Assembly (NCBI GenBank): GCA_963826115.1
Contig: CAWGVS010000010.1
Span: 352,001 to 416,000 of the forward strand
DNA: 64,000 nucleotides
Direction of reading: 5' to 3'
Origin: an uncultured Candidatus Rokubacteria bacterium
GTDB taxonomy: Bacteria > Methylomirabilota > Methylomirabilia > Rokubacteriales > DASRDR01
The notes beneath the pieces are model-generated. The model searched no databases, had not been told where the DNA came from, and saw only the letters and a program-made list of their open reading frames with translations. The translations under genes were made by a program, and so were the position numbers. Below, one piece after another: positions 47,505 through 56,213 of this stretch. Numbering within the stretch: position 1 is the stretch's first letter; each line of letters opens with the position of its first letter.

Positions 47505-48709
47505 AGCTCGCCGCTCCCGGCGGCCCGCATCTGACGTACTGCACGAACATCCATCCCGGCGAGACCTGGGCCGAGGTGCGCGCGAACCTCGAGCGGCACG
47601 TCGTGCGGGTCAAGGCCGCGGTCGCGCCGGACCGGCCATTCGGCGTGGGCCTCCGGTTGTCCGCGGTGGCGGCGGCCGCGCTCGCCGAGGCGCAGGAGCT
47701 CGAGCGCTTCCGGAGCTTCCTCCATGATCATGGCCTCTACGTCTTCACCATCAACGGCTTCCCGTACGGCCCGTTCCACGGGACGCGCGTGAAGGAGGAC
47801 GTGTACCTCCCCGACTGGCTCGACGACGCGCGGCTCCAGTACACCGACCAGCTGGCCGAGCTGCTCGCTGCGCTCCTGCCCGACGGCCTCGAGGGGACGG
47901 TCAGCACGGTGCCCGGCGCCTTCAAGGGACGCGTCCGCGGCGCGGCCGACGAGGCGCGGATGGCCGAGGTCATGGTCCGGCACGCCGCCGGGCTCCACCG
48001 GCTCCGCGAGCGCACCGGCCGGATGGTCTCGCTCGCGCTCGAGCCCGAGCCGTGCTGCCACATGGAGACCGTGGACGAGACGGTCCGCTTCTTCGAGGGA
48101 CACCTGTTCGCCGCGCCGACCGTCGCCCTCTTCGGGCGCCTCACGGGCCTCGGACACGGCGAGAGCGAGGCGGCCCTCCGGCGCCACCTCGGCGTCTGCT
48201 TCGACGCCTGCCACATGGCCGTGGAGTTCGAGGACGCCGCGGCCGGACTGGCCGCGTTCCGGAAGGCGGGCATCCGGATCGGCAAGGTGCAGGTGAGCGC
48301 GGGCCTCCGCGTGAGGATGGATCCGGGGGACCGCGCGCTCGTGGCCGCGCTCCGGCCGTTCGCCGAGGGCGTCTATCTCCACCAGGTCGTCGAGCGGCGC
48401 GACGGTCGGCTCGTCCGCTACCTGGACCTGCCGGAGGCGCTGGAGGCGGCCGCGCGCGACGGCGGCGGCGTGCGCGAGTGGCGCATCCACTTCCACGTCC
48501 CGCTCTTCCGCGAGGAGCTCGGCCCGTTCGCGAGCACGCAGGACTACCTGCGCGGCGTGCTCGAGCTCCTCCGCCACGAGGCTCACACGCCGCACCTCGA
48601 GGTCGAGACGTACACGTGGGACGTCCTGCCCGAGGCGTTCCGGCGCGAGGACATCGTGGCCGCGGTGGCGCGCGAGCTCCAGTGGGTGCTCGGCGTGCTG
48701 CGGGGATGA
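47501..48709 (+). CDS. eboE: EboE metabolite traffic protein (xylose isomerase-like TIM barrel)
   Basis: HLTYCTNIHPGE, NGFPYG.FH..VKE.VY.PDW, LEPEP, WRIHFHVP, HLEVETYTW motifs. Confidence 0.92.
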   Translation: MKLAAPGGPHLTYCTNIHPGETWAEVRANLERHVVRVKAAVAPDRPFGVGLRLSAVAAAALAEAQELERFRSFLHDHGLYVFTINGFPYGPFHGTRVKEDVYLPDWLDDARLQYTDQLAELLAALLPDGLEGTVSTVPGAFKGRVRGAADEARMAEVMVRHAAGLHRLRERTGRMVSLALEPEPCCHMETVDETVRFFEGHLFAAPTVALFGRLTGLGHGESEAALRRHLGVCFDACHMAVEFEDAAAGLAAFRKAGIRIGKVQVSAGLRVRMDPGDRALVAALRPFAEGVYLHQVVERRDGRLVRYLDLPEALEAAARDGGGVREWRIHFHVPLFREELGPFASTQDYLRGVLELLRHEAHTPHLEVETYTWDVLPEAFRREDIVAAVARELQWVLGVLRG

Positions 48710-49613
48710 GCCCGGCCGCCGTCGCGTCGGGCCCCGCCGCGAGCCGCTGGCGGGACTACCTCCTCCTCGGGCGCGTCTCCAACCTGCCGACGGTCTGGAC
48801 CAACACGCTCGCCGGCGCCGCGCTGTCCGGCGCGGACGCGGGCCCCGGCCAGCTCGCGCTCCTCGCGCTCGCGTTCTCGCTCCTCTATACGGGCGGCATG
48901 TACCTGAACGACGCCTTCGACCGCGACGTCGACCGGCGCGAGCGGCCCGAGCGGCCGATCCCGGCGGGCCGGATCGGGGCCGGCCGGGTCTTCCGCATCG
49001 GCTACGCGCTGCTCGCGGGAGGGGTCCTGGTCGTGGCGGTCGGGGCTCGCGGGCCGGGCGGCGGCGGGATCGGGGCGGTGGGCGCGGGCATCCTCCTGGC
49101 GGGTGTGATCACGGCGTACGACGCCTGGCACAAGGCGAACCCGCTGAGCCCGGTGGTGATGGGTCTGTGCCGCGTTCTCGTCTACGTCACCGCCGCCCTG
49201 GCGGTGTCGGGACGCGTGGCGCCCGGCGGTGACCGGCGGGGCGGTCGTCCTCCTCGGCTACCTGATCGGCCTCACGTACGCGGCCAAGCAGGAGAACCTC
49301 GCCGCGGTCCAGAACCTCTGGCCGCTCGCGCTCCTGGCGGCGCCCTTCGCGTACGCGGCCCCGACACTCCTGGCCGGAGGCGCCGGGGCGCTCCTCTATC
49401 GTCGGCTTCCTCGGGTGGGTGGTCTTCGCGGTGAGCCTGCTGGTGCGCCCGGGACACCGCGACATCCGGCGCGCGGTCGTGAGCCTGATCGCCGGCATCT
49501 CGCTCCTCGACGCGGTCCTGATCGCGGGGGTCGGCGACCCGGCCCGTGCCCTGTGGGCCGTCGCCGGTTTCGCGCTCACCCTCGCCTTTCAGCGCTGGGT
49601 GCCGGGGACCTGA
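48706..49613 (+). CDS. eboC: EboC UbiA-family prenyltransferase, interrupted by two +1 frameshifts (~49223, ~49400)
   Basis: RVSNLPT, LNDAFDRDVDRRERPERPIP, YD.WHK; continues as AAKQENL and then RAVVSLIAGISLLDA in other frames. Confidence 0.85.
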
Positions 49614-49682
49614 GGCGTCTCCCGGTGGCGCGTCGCCGGGGGCGGCCGCATACTGGGACCGATCGCTGACACGGAGGTCGCC

Positions 49683-50177
49683 ATGCACGCAGCCTCGCTC
49701 GCCGACGCCGTTCGCCGGACCCTCTCGGACAGCACGGGACCCGAGCGCTTCGGGGGCGCGCTGGCCGCCGTCGTCCGCCACTTCGGCGCCGACATGGGCA
49801 TGATCCACCGGCTCAACCCGGCCGACCAGCACCTCGACCTGGTGGCGACGACCGCGGGCGTGCCCGAGCCCGTTCTCCAGGCGGCGCGGCGGATCCCGCT
49901 CGGCAAGGGCATCGCCGGCGAGACCGCGCTGACCGGGAAGCCCGTGTCGATGTGCAATCTCCAGACGGACACGAGCGGCGTGGCGCGGCCGGGCGCGAAG
50001 GCCACCGGGGCCCAGGGCACGCTCTGCGTGCCCGTGTTCCGGAGCGACCAGGTCGTCGGCACCCTCGGCATCGGCGTCCGCGGAGAGCGCACGTTCACCG
50101 AGGCGGAGACGGAGGAGTTGCTCGCCGCCGGCCGCGCGCTGGCGAGCCCCCTCGCGCAGCAGGGCTCGGGCGCCTAA
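49683..50177 (+). CDS. Stand-alone GAF domain protein
   Basis: IPLGKGIAG, LCVPV, VVGTLGI, FTEAE motifs. Confidence 0.85.
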   Translation: MHAASLADAVRRTLSDSTGPERFGGALAAVVRHFGADMGMIHRLNPADQHLDLVATTAGVPEPVLQAARRIPLGKGIAGETALTGKPVSMCNLQTDTSGVARPGAKATGAQGTLCVPVFRSDQVVGTLGIGVRGERTFTEAETEELLAAGRALASPLAQQGSGA

Positions 50178-50194
50178 CGAGGCGGGGGCTTCCT

Positions 50195-50944
50195 ATGGCC
50201 ACGCCCGCCGCCCGCCCGCCGGCCGTGGACCTTCGCCGGGCCGCCGAGCGGTTCCACACGCGCATCGGCTGGCTCGACTCGCATCACAGCTTCAGCTTCT
50301 CCAACCACTATGACCCCGCGAACACGCACCACGGGCTCCTGCTGGTCTCGAACGACGACACCGTGCGGGCCGGGACCGGGTTCCGGACCCACCCCCACCA
50401 GGACATGGAGATCGTCACCTGGGTGCTTGACGGCGAGCTCGAGCACAAGGACTCCGAGGGGCACACGGGGATCATCTACCCGGGCCTCGCCCAGCGGATG
50501 AGCGCCGGCACGGGCATCTGGCACTCGGAGATGAACCCCCGCCACGACCGGGACGTCCACTTCGTGCAGATGTGGGTCCCGCCGGACACCGAGCGCATCC
50601 GCCCGGGCTACGAGCAGCTCGACATCAACGCCGAGCTCCAGAAGGGCGGTCTCGTCCCGATCGCGTCGGGCCGCGGCCACGAGTCGGCCATCTCGATCCG
50701 CCAGCGTGGGGCGGTCCTGTGGGGTGGGCGGCTCAAGCCCGGCGAGGTCGTGCGCCTGCCCGACGCGCCGTTCGTGCACGTGTTCGTCGCCCGGGGCGGG
50801 GCCACGCTCGAGGGCGCGGGGCCGCTCGAGACCGGCGACGCGGCCCGGCTCACCGCCGCCGGCGCCCGGTCGCTGACGGCGGATGCCGTCGCGGGCGCGG
50901 AGGTGCTGGTCTGGGAGTCGGCGGCCGACGCTGCCGGCGCCTGA
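50195..50944 (+). CDS. Pirin family protein (YhhW-like)
   Basis: WLDSHHSFSF, GFRTHPHQDMEI, MSAGTGIWHSE motifs. Confidence 0.93.
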   Translation: MATPAARPPAVDLRRAAERFHTRIGWLDSHHSFSFSNHYDPANTHHGLLLVSNDDTVRAGTGFRTHPHQDMEIVTWVLDGELEHKDSEGHTGIIYPGLAQRMSAGTGIWHSEMNPRHDRDVHFVQMWVPPDTERIRPGYEQLDINAELQKGGLVPIASGRGHESAISIRQRGAVLWGGRLKPGEVVRLPDAPFVHVFVARGGATLEGAGPLETGDAARLTAAGARSLTADAVAGAEVLVWESAADAAGA

Positions 50945-50976
50945 CGTTCAGGCCCGGGCCGTCAGCGCCGCTCCCG

Positions 50977-51483
50977 TCACGGACGCCACCGGGCTGCCGC
51001 GGGGACTGGCGCGATCCGCGCGACGCGGCCGGTCGCCGCCGAGCTGCCGACCAGCTGGAGCGGGCCGTTGATCGCCCAGCGGAGGCGCTCGTCACGGTCC
51101 CACCCTAGCGTCCAGCGGCGACGCTCGGAGCTCGCCACGACGAGCCGGGCCCCGAGGTGCTCCGCCACGGACGCGAGCTCGGTCACCGGGTCTCCGAAAC
51201 GGACCACGACGCCCACGCGCGTGGCCGGTCCGACCCACTCGTCCGCGACCTCGCGCAGCTCGTAGCGGATCGTCGCCTCGAGGCCCTGCATCCGTTGCCA
51301 CGGCTCGAGATGCCGCCGCCATCGCGAGCCGCCCGGCGGGACTTCCGGCGGAAGCGGCGCGACGTGAACCAGGACGAGCGGCGCCGCGGCCGCTACGGTA
51401 TGGGCGCGCGCGTCCCGCATCACCTGCTCGTCGGAGCGTCGGCGCTCGATCAGCGCCACCACGGGTCGATCGCTGTCACGCAT
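50977..51483 (-). CDS. Universal stress protein family
   Basis: LVLVHV and VRFGDPVTEL...A....ARLVV USP pattern; GGAAGGAAGG RBS. Confidence 0.7.
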   Translation of the reverse strand: MRDSDRPVVALIERRRSDEQVMRDARAHTVAAAAPLVLVHVAPLPPEVPPGGSRWRRHLEPWQRMQGLEATIRYELREVADEWVGPATRVGVVVRFGDPVTELASVAEHLGARLVVASSERRRWTLGWDRDERLRWAINGPLQLVGSSAATGRVARIAPVPAAARWRP

Positions 51484-51502
51484 GAGGTGCCTTCCTTCCG
51501 TC

Positions 51503-51568
51503 AAAAAACAAGGCGCTCTCCGCCCTCACCGGCGGAAGCGCCCTTGCCGAGAACGCGCGTCCTTGCGC
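51503..51568 (-). promoter_or_regulatory. ANTAR-type dual-hairpin antiterminator overlapping an intrinsic terminator
   Basis: Minus strand: gcgc-AAGGAC-gcgc, 6-nt linker, ggc-AAGGGC-gct; the second hairpin overlaps the 5' arm of terminator caagggcgcttccgcc...ggcggagagcgccttg-TTTTTT. Confidence 0.72.
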
Positions 51569-51589
51569 TCGTGTCGTCCGACGTGACGT

Positions 51590-51606
51590 TGCATCGAGGA
51601 TGCCAG
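51590..51606 (-). promoter_or_regulatory. Sigma54 (-24/-12) promoter
   Basis: CTGGCATCCTCGATGCA = TGGCA...TGCA with exact GG-N10-GC spacing. Confidence 0.7.
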
Positions 51607-51695
51607 GGGAGTGCGGACGGCACCTCACTCCGCGCCAGAGCCGCGAGACGACAGGGAAATCGGTCGGATACGGGCGACCGCGATGCCGGCGTCGA

Positions 51696-51731
51696 TGCCC
51701 ATTCGATGGGCAGGTGCCTGCCGAACGGCCA
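51696..51731. promoter_or_regulatory. Putative enhancer (NtrC-like bEBP) sites
   Basis: Palindrome TGCCCATTCGATGGGCA (51696-51712) plus weaker TGCCTGCCGAACGGCCA (51715-51731), ~90-125 bp upstream of the sigma54 site. Confidence 0.55.
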
Positions 51732-51839
51732 GGTCGCTACGGTGGCGGGGCGATCACGTCCGCGGAGCGGTGGTGCCGGGTGAGAACCGAGTGAGCTCGA
51801 TCCGGATCTCCTGGCTCACCTTGCTCTCCGTGAGCGGAG

Positions 51840-53216
51840 TCAGCGTCCGAACACGTGGTCGAGAAGGAGCGCCTTGACGGCGGTGGCGTCGACCGGGCCG
51901 TCGGGCAGGAGCCCGGCCTCGCTCGAGATGACGACCGGCCCGGCGGCGAGGTCGTCGGTCGGCCGCCCGTGCGAGCCCCTCACGAGGCTCGCGTCGAGCG
52001 GGATCACGTCCATCAGGTACCGGAAGCCGAGCGCCTTCTTCGCGAGCCGCCACCCGACGCTTGCCTGCGGGACGCGCAGCGCCGGGTCGAGGAAGAGCTC
52101 GACCGGGTCGTAGCCCGGCTTCCGGTGGATGTCGACGGTGCGGGCGAAGTCGGGCGCGCGAGCGTCGTCCAGCCAGTAGTAATACGTGAACCAGCGGTCG
52201 GGGCGTGACACGAGGACCAGCTCGCCCGATCGCGGGTGATCGAGCCCGGCCGCGCGCTTCCCCTCCTCGTCAAGGACGGCTTCCACACCCGGCAAGCCTT
52301 CCAGCAAGCGCCGGACTTCGGCGACCCGCTCCGCCCGGCGGACGTAGACGTGCGCGACCTGGTGGTCCGCCACCGCGAACGCCTCCGACGCGCCCGGGTC
52401 CAGAAGCTCGCGCCCGAGCTCGGTGCGGACCTGGATCAGCCCGGCCTCGCGGAGCCGCCGGTTCACGTGGACAGGGCCGGTCACCGGCGTGATGCCGTAC
52501 TCGGACAGCACGACGACCCGCGTGCCGTCGCGCCGCGCCGCCGCGATCAGCTCGCCGCAGAGGGCGTCCACGGCGCGGAGATCCCCGGCGATCGCGGGAT
52601 CGCCGGGGCCGAGGCGCTGGAGGTTGTAGTCGAGGTGCGGGAGGTAGACGAGCGTGAGCGTGGGCCGCTTGGTCTCGTAGACGTGCCGCGCGCAGTCGGC
52701 GATCCAGCGGCTCGACGTGATGTCGGTGGCCGGGCCCCAGAACTTGAAGAGCGGGAACTGGCCGAGGCGGCCGTTCAGCTCGTCGCGCAGCTCCGCCGGC
52801 TGCGTGTAGACGTCGGGGATCTTGCGACCGTCGGCGGGGTACATCGGGCGCGGCGTCACCGACCAGGTCGCCGTGCTGTGCATGTTGTACCACCAGAAGA
52901 GCTTGGCGCACGTGAACGCGGGATCCCGCCGCGCGGCAGCCTCCCAGATCTTCTCCCCGCCGACCAGCCGGTTCGACTGGCGCCAGAACCAGACCTCCGC
53001 GAGGTCGCGGAAGTACCAGCCGTTGGCGACGACGCCGTGGTCGCGGGGCAGGAGCCCGGTGGTGAGCGTGGCCTGCACGGAGCAGGTGACGGCCGGGAGG
53101 AGGGTGCGGAGCGGCCGGGCGCCGCCCTCACGCGCCAGCGCGGCCAGGCTCGGGGTGGCTTCGCCGATGTGCTCGCCGGCGAGCCCGACGACGAGGAGGA
53201 CGACGGTCCGGTGCAC
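51840..53216 (-). CDS. eboF: EboF alkaline phosphatase/nucleotide pyrophosphatase family
   Basis: LPAVTCSVQ, HGVVANGWYFRD, FWRQSN, YLPHLDY, SEYG, DIHRKPGYDP, GSHG motifs. Confidence 0.9.
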   Translation of the reverse strand: MHRTVVLLVVGLAGEHIGEATPSLAALAREGGARPLRTLLPAVTCSVQATLTTGLLPRDHGVVANGWYFRDLAEVWFWRQSNRLVGGEKIWEAAARRDPAFTCAKLFWWYNMHSTATWSVTPRPMYPADGRKIPDVYTQPAELRDELNGRLGQFPLFKFWGPATDITSSRWIADCARHVYETKRPTLTLVYLPHLDYNLQRLGPGDPAIAGDLRAVDALCGELIAAARRDGTRVVVLSEYGITPVTGPVHVNRRLREAGLIQVRTELGRELLDPGASEAFAVADHQVAHVYVRRAERVAEVRRLLEGLPGVEAVLDEEGKRAAGLDHPRSGELVLVSRPDRWFTYYYWLDDARAPDFARTVDIHRKPGYDPVELFLDPALRVPQASVGWRLAKKALGFRYLMDVIPLDASLVRGSHGRPTDDLAAGPVVISSEAGLLPDGPVDATAVKALLLDHVFGR

Positions 53217-53262
53217 GGAGGCGATCGGAGACGCGCGACCGGAGGGCCGCCGCGACCCCGCG

Positions 53263-54177
53263 TCAGGCGCCCGGTCGGCCCGCGCCGCCCGCCGGGGCGG
53301 TCACCCGGGGCGCCTGGCCGCGCAGGACCGAGTTGCCCTCGAACAGCTGGCTCTGGTCGATGGCGGGCGCCGCGTCGAGCGCGCCGGGGTCGAGCTGACC
53401 GCTCTGGGCGAAGAAGGCCGCGGGATTCTCCCAGGCGACCCGGCGGACGTCGGCCTCCGCGATCCCGCTCTCGCGCATGAGCGCGACCGTCTTCGGCACC
53501 TTGAGGGGATCGCTCACGCCCCAGTCCGCGGCGCTGTTGATCAGGATCCGCTCGCTGCCGTAGCGCTTGACGAGCGCCACCATCCGGGGCTCGTCCATCT
53601 TCGTGAACGGGTAGATGGAATGCCCGGCCCAGCATCCGGTCGCCAGCACGAGGGGCAGCGTCTCCTCGGTGTTGTGGTCGATGAGGACCCGCCCCTCAGG
53701 GAACCCGACGTCACGGACCAAGGCGAGGCTTCGCTCGGTGCCCCGCTTCTTGTCCCGGTGCGGGGTGTGGACCAGGACCGGCAGGTCAAAGCGGAGGGCG
53801 AGCTCGAGCTGGGCCGCGAAGTACTTCTCCTCCTCCGGCGTCTGGTCGTCGAACCCGATCTCCCCGACGGCCACGACGCCGTCCTTGGCGAGGTAGCGCG
53901 GCAGGATCTCGATCACGCCCGGCGCCACGCGCCGGTTGTTCGCCTCCTTCGGGTTGAGCGACAGGGTGCAGAAATGATGGATGCCGAACTGGCTGGCGCG
54001 GAAGCGCTCCCAGCCGAGCAGCCCGTTGAAATAGTCCTCGAAGGTGCCGACGTGGGTGCGCGGCTGGCCCAGCCAGAACGCGGGCTCCACGATCGCGGCG
54101 ATGCCGGCCTGGGCCATCGCCTCGTAGTCGAGGGTCGTCCGCGATGTCATGTGGATATGCGGATCGAAGAGCTTCAT
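53263..54177 (-). CDS. eboB: EboB TatD-like hydrolase
   Basis: DPHIHMTSRTT.DY, EPAFWLGQPR, HTPHRDK, SAADWGVSDPL, GNSVLRGQ motifs. Confidence 0.92.
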   Translation of the reverse strand: MKLFDPHIHMTSRTTLDYEAMAQAGIAAIVEPAFWLGQPRTHVGTFEDYFNGLLGWERFRASQFGIHHFCTLSLNPKEANNRRVAPGVIEILPRYLAKDGVVAVGEIGFDDQTPEEEKYFAAQLELALRFDLPVLVHTPHRDKKRGTERSLALVRDVGFPEGRVLIDHNTEETLPLVLATGCWAGHSIYPFTKMDEPRMVALVKRYGSERILINSAADWGVSDPLKVPKTVALMRESGIAEADVRRVAWENPAAFFAQSGQLDPGALDAAPAIDQSQLFEGNSVLRGQAPRVTAPAGGAGRPGA

Positions 54178-54917
54178 GACCGGCTCCCGTTCTCGCCGAG
54201 GACGTAGGCGACGTCCGCGGGCACGCTCCGTCCCGCCGCCCGCCGCTCGCTCGCGTAGTCGGCCGCCATCCGCCGGAGCTCCGGCGTGATCCGGCCCTCG
54301 AGCCCGAGGATACGCCCGACGGCGACTTCGATGAAGATCGCCTTCAGCACCATGTGGTTGAAGCTCGACTCGGGGAAATGCCGGCCGGGGAAGGGGTTCT
54401 CGCACGCGATCGCCTCGAAGACGGGCTGGACCGACGTGCGGCAGGCTTCCACGCCGAGCGGGACGAAGCGGGCCGGGTCGGGGAGGAGGGGGAGCGTCCG
54501 AAGGACCGCCTGGCGCTCGCGCGTGTCGCCCTGGAAGTAGCACTGCTCCACCAGAGACTCGACCTCGCCCGGGGTCAGTCCGGCGACCGCGCGGAGCAGG
54601 AGCGCGGACCGGGTCAGTCCGTCGAGACCCCAGGGCACGACGGACCACGTGACGCCCGCGGCCCGGAGTCCCGCCGTTTCCGCCGGGCCGGGCTCGGGCG
54701 TCGCGCGGCCGGTCTGGCGCGCGGCGAGCGCGAACGCGGTCGCGAAGCCGCTCCGGTCGAGGGGCGCCCGCGTCGTGGCTACCGCGTCCGCCAGCCAGCG
54801 CTGGGCGCGCTCGGTGGCTTGCGCGCGGACGACTGCGAGCAGGCCCTCCGCCGTCTCCAGCGGCGGGATCACCGGCGGCGACGACTCCGAGCTCGATCGG
54901 ATCTCACGGTGGCTCAC
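54174..54917 (-). CDS. eboA: EboA domain protein (start 54917 or 54872)
   Basis: GDTRERQAVLR.L, ACRT....FEAIACENP.P, FNHMVLKAIF, YASERRAAGR.VP motifs; ATGA-coupled to eboB. Confidence 0.87.
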   Translation of the reverse strand: MSHREIRSSSESSPPVIPPLETAEGLLAVVRAQATERAQRWLADAVATTRAPLDRSGFATAFALAARQTGRATPEPGPAETAGLRAAGVTWSVVPWGLDGLTRSALLLRAVAGLTPGEVESLVEQCYFQGDTRERQAVLRTLPLLPDPARFVPLGVEACRTSVQPVFEAIACENPFPGRHFPESSFNHMVLKAIFIEVAVGRILGLEGRITPELRRMAADYASERRAAGRSVPADVAYVLGENGSRS

Positions 54918-55039
54918 GGCTCCGAGGGTGCTTGCTGACCGAGTATAGGCCCCGGGGGGCGGTCCGCGCGTGTCGCCCGGCGTCACCATTGGCCGAGCGC
55001 GCGGCCGATCGCCTCCGCCGCGCCCCGGCGGAGGACCGG

Positions 55040-55861
55040 TCAGGGTCCCGGCGGCGTGGCCGGCGGCAGGAGCACGACGATCTCGCTCAGGACGCGGCTC
55101 ACGCCCGGCAGGGTCGTCACGACCTCCTCGGCGACGCGGCGCTGATCGTCGCGCGCCACCCGACCGCTGAGCGAGACCTGGCCGTCCTGGCAGCTGAAGA
55201 ACAGTCCGAGCTCCCGCGTCCGGGGATGACAAAGGAGCGCCGCGTGGACGCGCGTCGTCAGGCATCGATCGCGGACCTCGGCGAGCGAGGCCGGGGTGGC
55301 CTGGAAGCGTTCCACCGCCAGCGACGCGCGGATCGTCGACACCGCGGCGGAGACGTCCAGGCGGGCGGTGTTGACGACCAGGTCGTACTGGAGCGGATCG
55401 TCGAGGGCCACCTCGTAGAGGTGGCGGATCCGGGCTGCCCAGTCGCGGTCGGCTCGCGCCACGACCTCCTCGGCGTTGGGGACGAGCCCGCGCTCGGCCT
55501 CCAGGCGCCGGGCTCGGACGTGGAGCGGGGCGGTCGCCCGGACGCGCAAGGCGTGGCGGATCCGCTGGAGCACGAACGTCGAGCCGCGTCCGACCAGGAC
55601 GACGTTGTCGCGCGCCGCGAACTCCCAGATCACCGCCTCGACCGCTGCCAGGTAGTCGCGCCGCGTCTCGGTGAGCCGCTCCCGGAGCGTCGGGCGGCTC
55701 TCGAGGAGGCGCTCGAGGGCGGCCACGCCCTGCCCGAGCCGCTCCGCAGCCTTCAGGATGATCTCGCGGTCGGCGAAGGTGTAGGTGAGCTCCTCGGCGA
55801 GGGCGCGGCCGACGGCCTCGCCGGCGCTCCCGAGTGCCGATGAGATCGTGACGATGCTCAT
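55040..55861 (-). CDS. Cytidylate kinase-like family protein with C-terminal BON domain
   Basis: VTISSALGSAG, VLVGRG, DDPLQYDLVVNT; BON-like DGQVSLSG...PGVSRV. Confidence 0.85.
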   Translation of the reverse strand: MSIVTISSALGSAGEAVGRALAEELTYTFADREIILKAAERLGQGVAALERLLESRPTLRERLTETRRDYLAAVEAVIWEFAARDNVVLVGRGSTFVLQRIRHALRVRATAPLHVRARRLEAERGLVPNAEEVVARADRDWAARIRHLYEVALDDPLQYDLVVNTARLDVSAAVSTIRASLAVERFQATPASLAEVRDRCLTTRVHAALLCHPRTRELGLFFSCQDGQVSLSGRVARDDQRRVAEEVVTTLPGVSRVLSEIVVLLPPATPPGP

Positions 55862-56039
55862 GGACGTCGTCCAGCGGGAACGCCGCCGCGCGTCTTCGTG
55901 CAAGCCGGCGCCTGGCGCTCCAGAGGGCGGGCGCGGTCGCGGCAGGCGACAAGGGGAACGCGCTGAGTTGCGTCGGTCCGCACGGGTGCTCCCGAGGACC
56001 GCCGGTCTTCTGGGCGGAAGCCTAGGCTGGCTCGCCGGG

Positions 56040-56145
56040 GCCTGTCAAGACGTGATGACCGTGGCCTGCCTCGGAGCGCGACGCCCCGCCATGCCGCGAA
56101 GGAGCCGGCGGTCCCGGCGCCGATGACGAGGAGGTCGCAGTCCAT
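56040..56145 (-). pseudogene. N-terminal remnant of an FAD-dependent oxidoreductase
   Basis: AGGAG RBS plus MDCDLLVIGAGTAGSFAA (GxGxxG), after which similarity disappears; 3' boundary approximate. Confidence 0.55.
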
Positions 56146-56213
56146 GGCCGCTCTCCTGTCCGTCTTCGGTTGGCTAGAAATCCACCGGAACCATGTCGCC
56201 CGTCACGGGCCCG

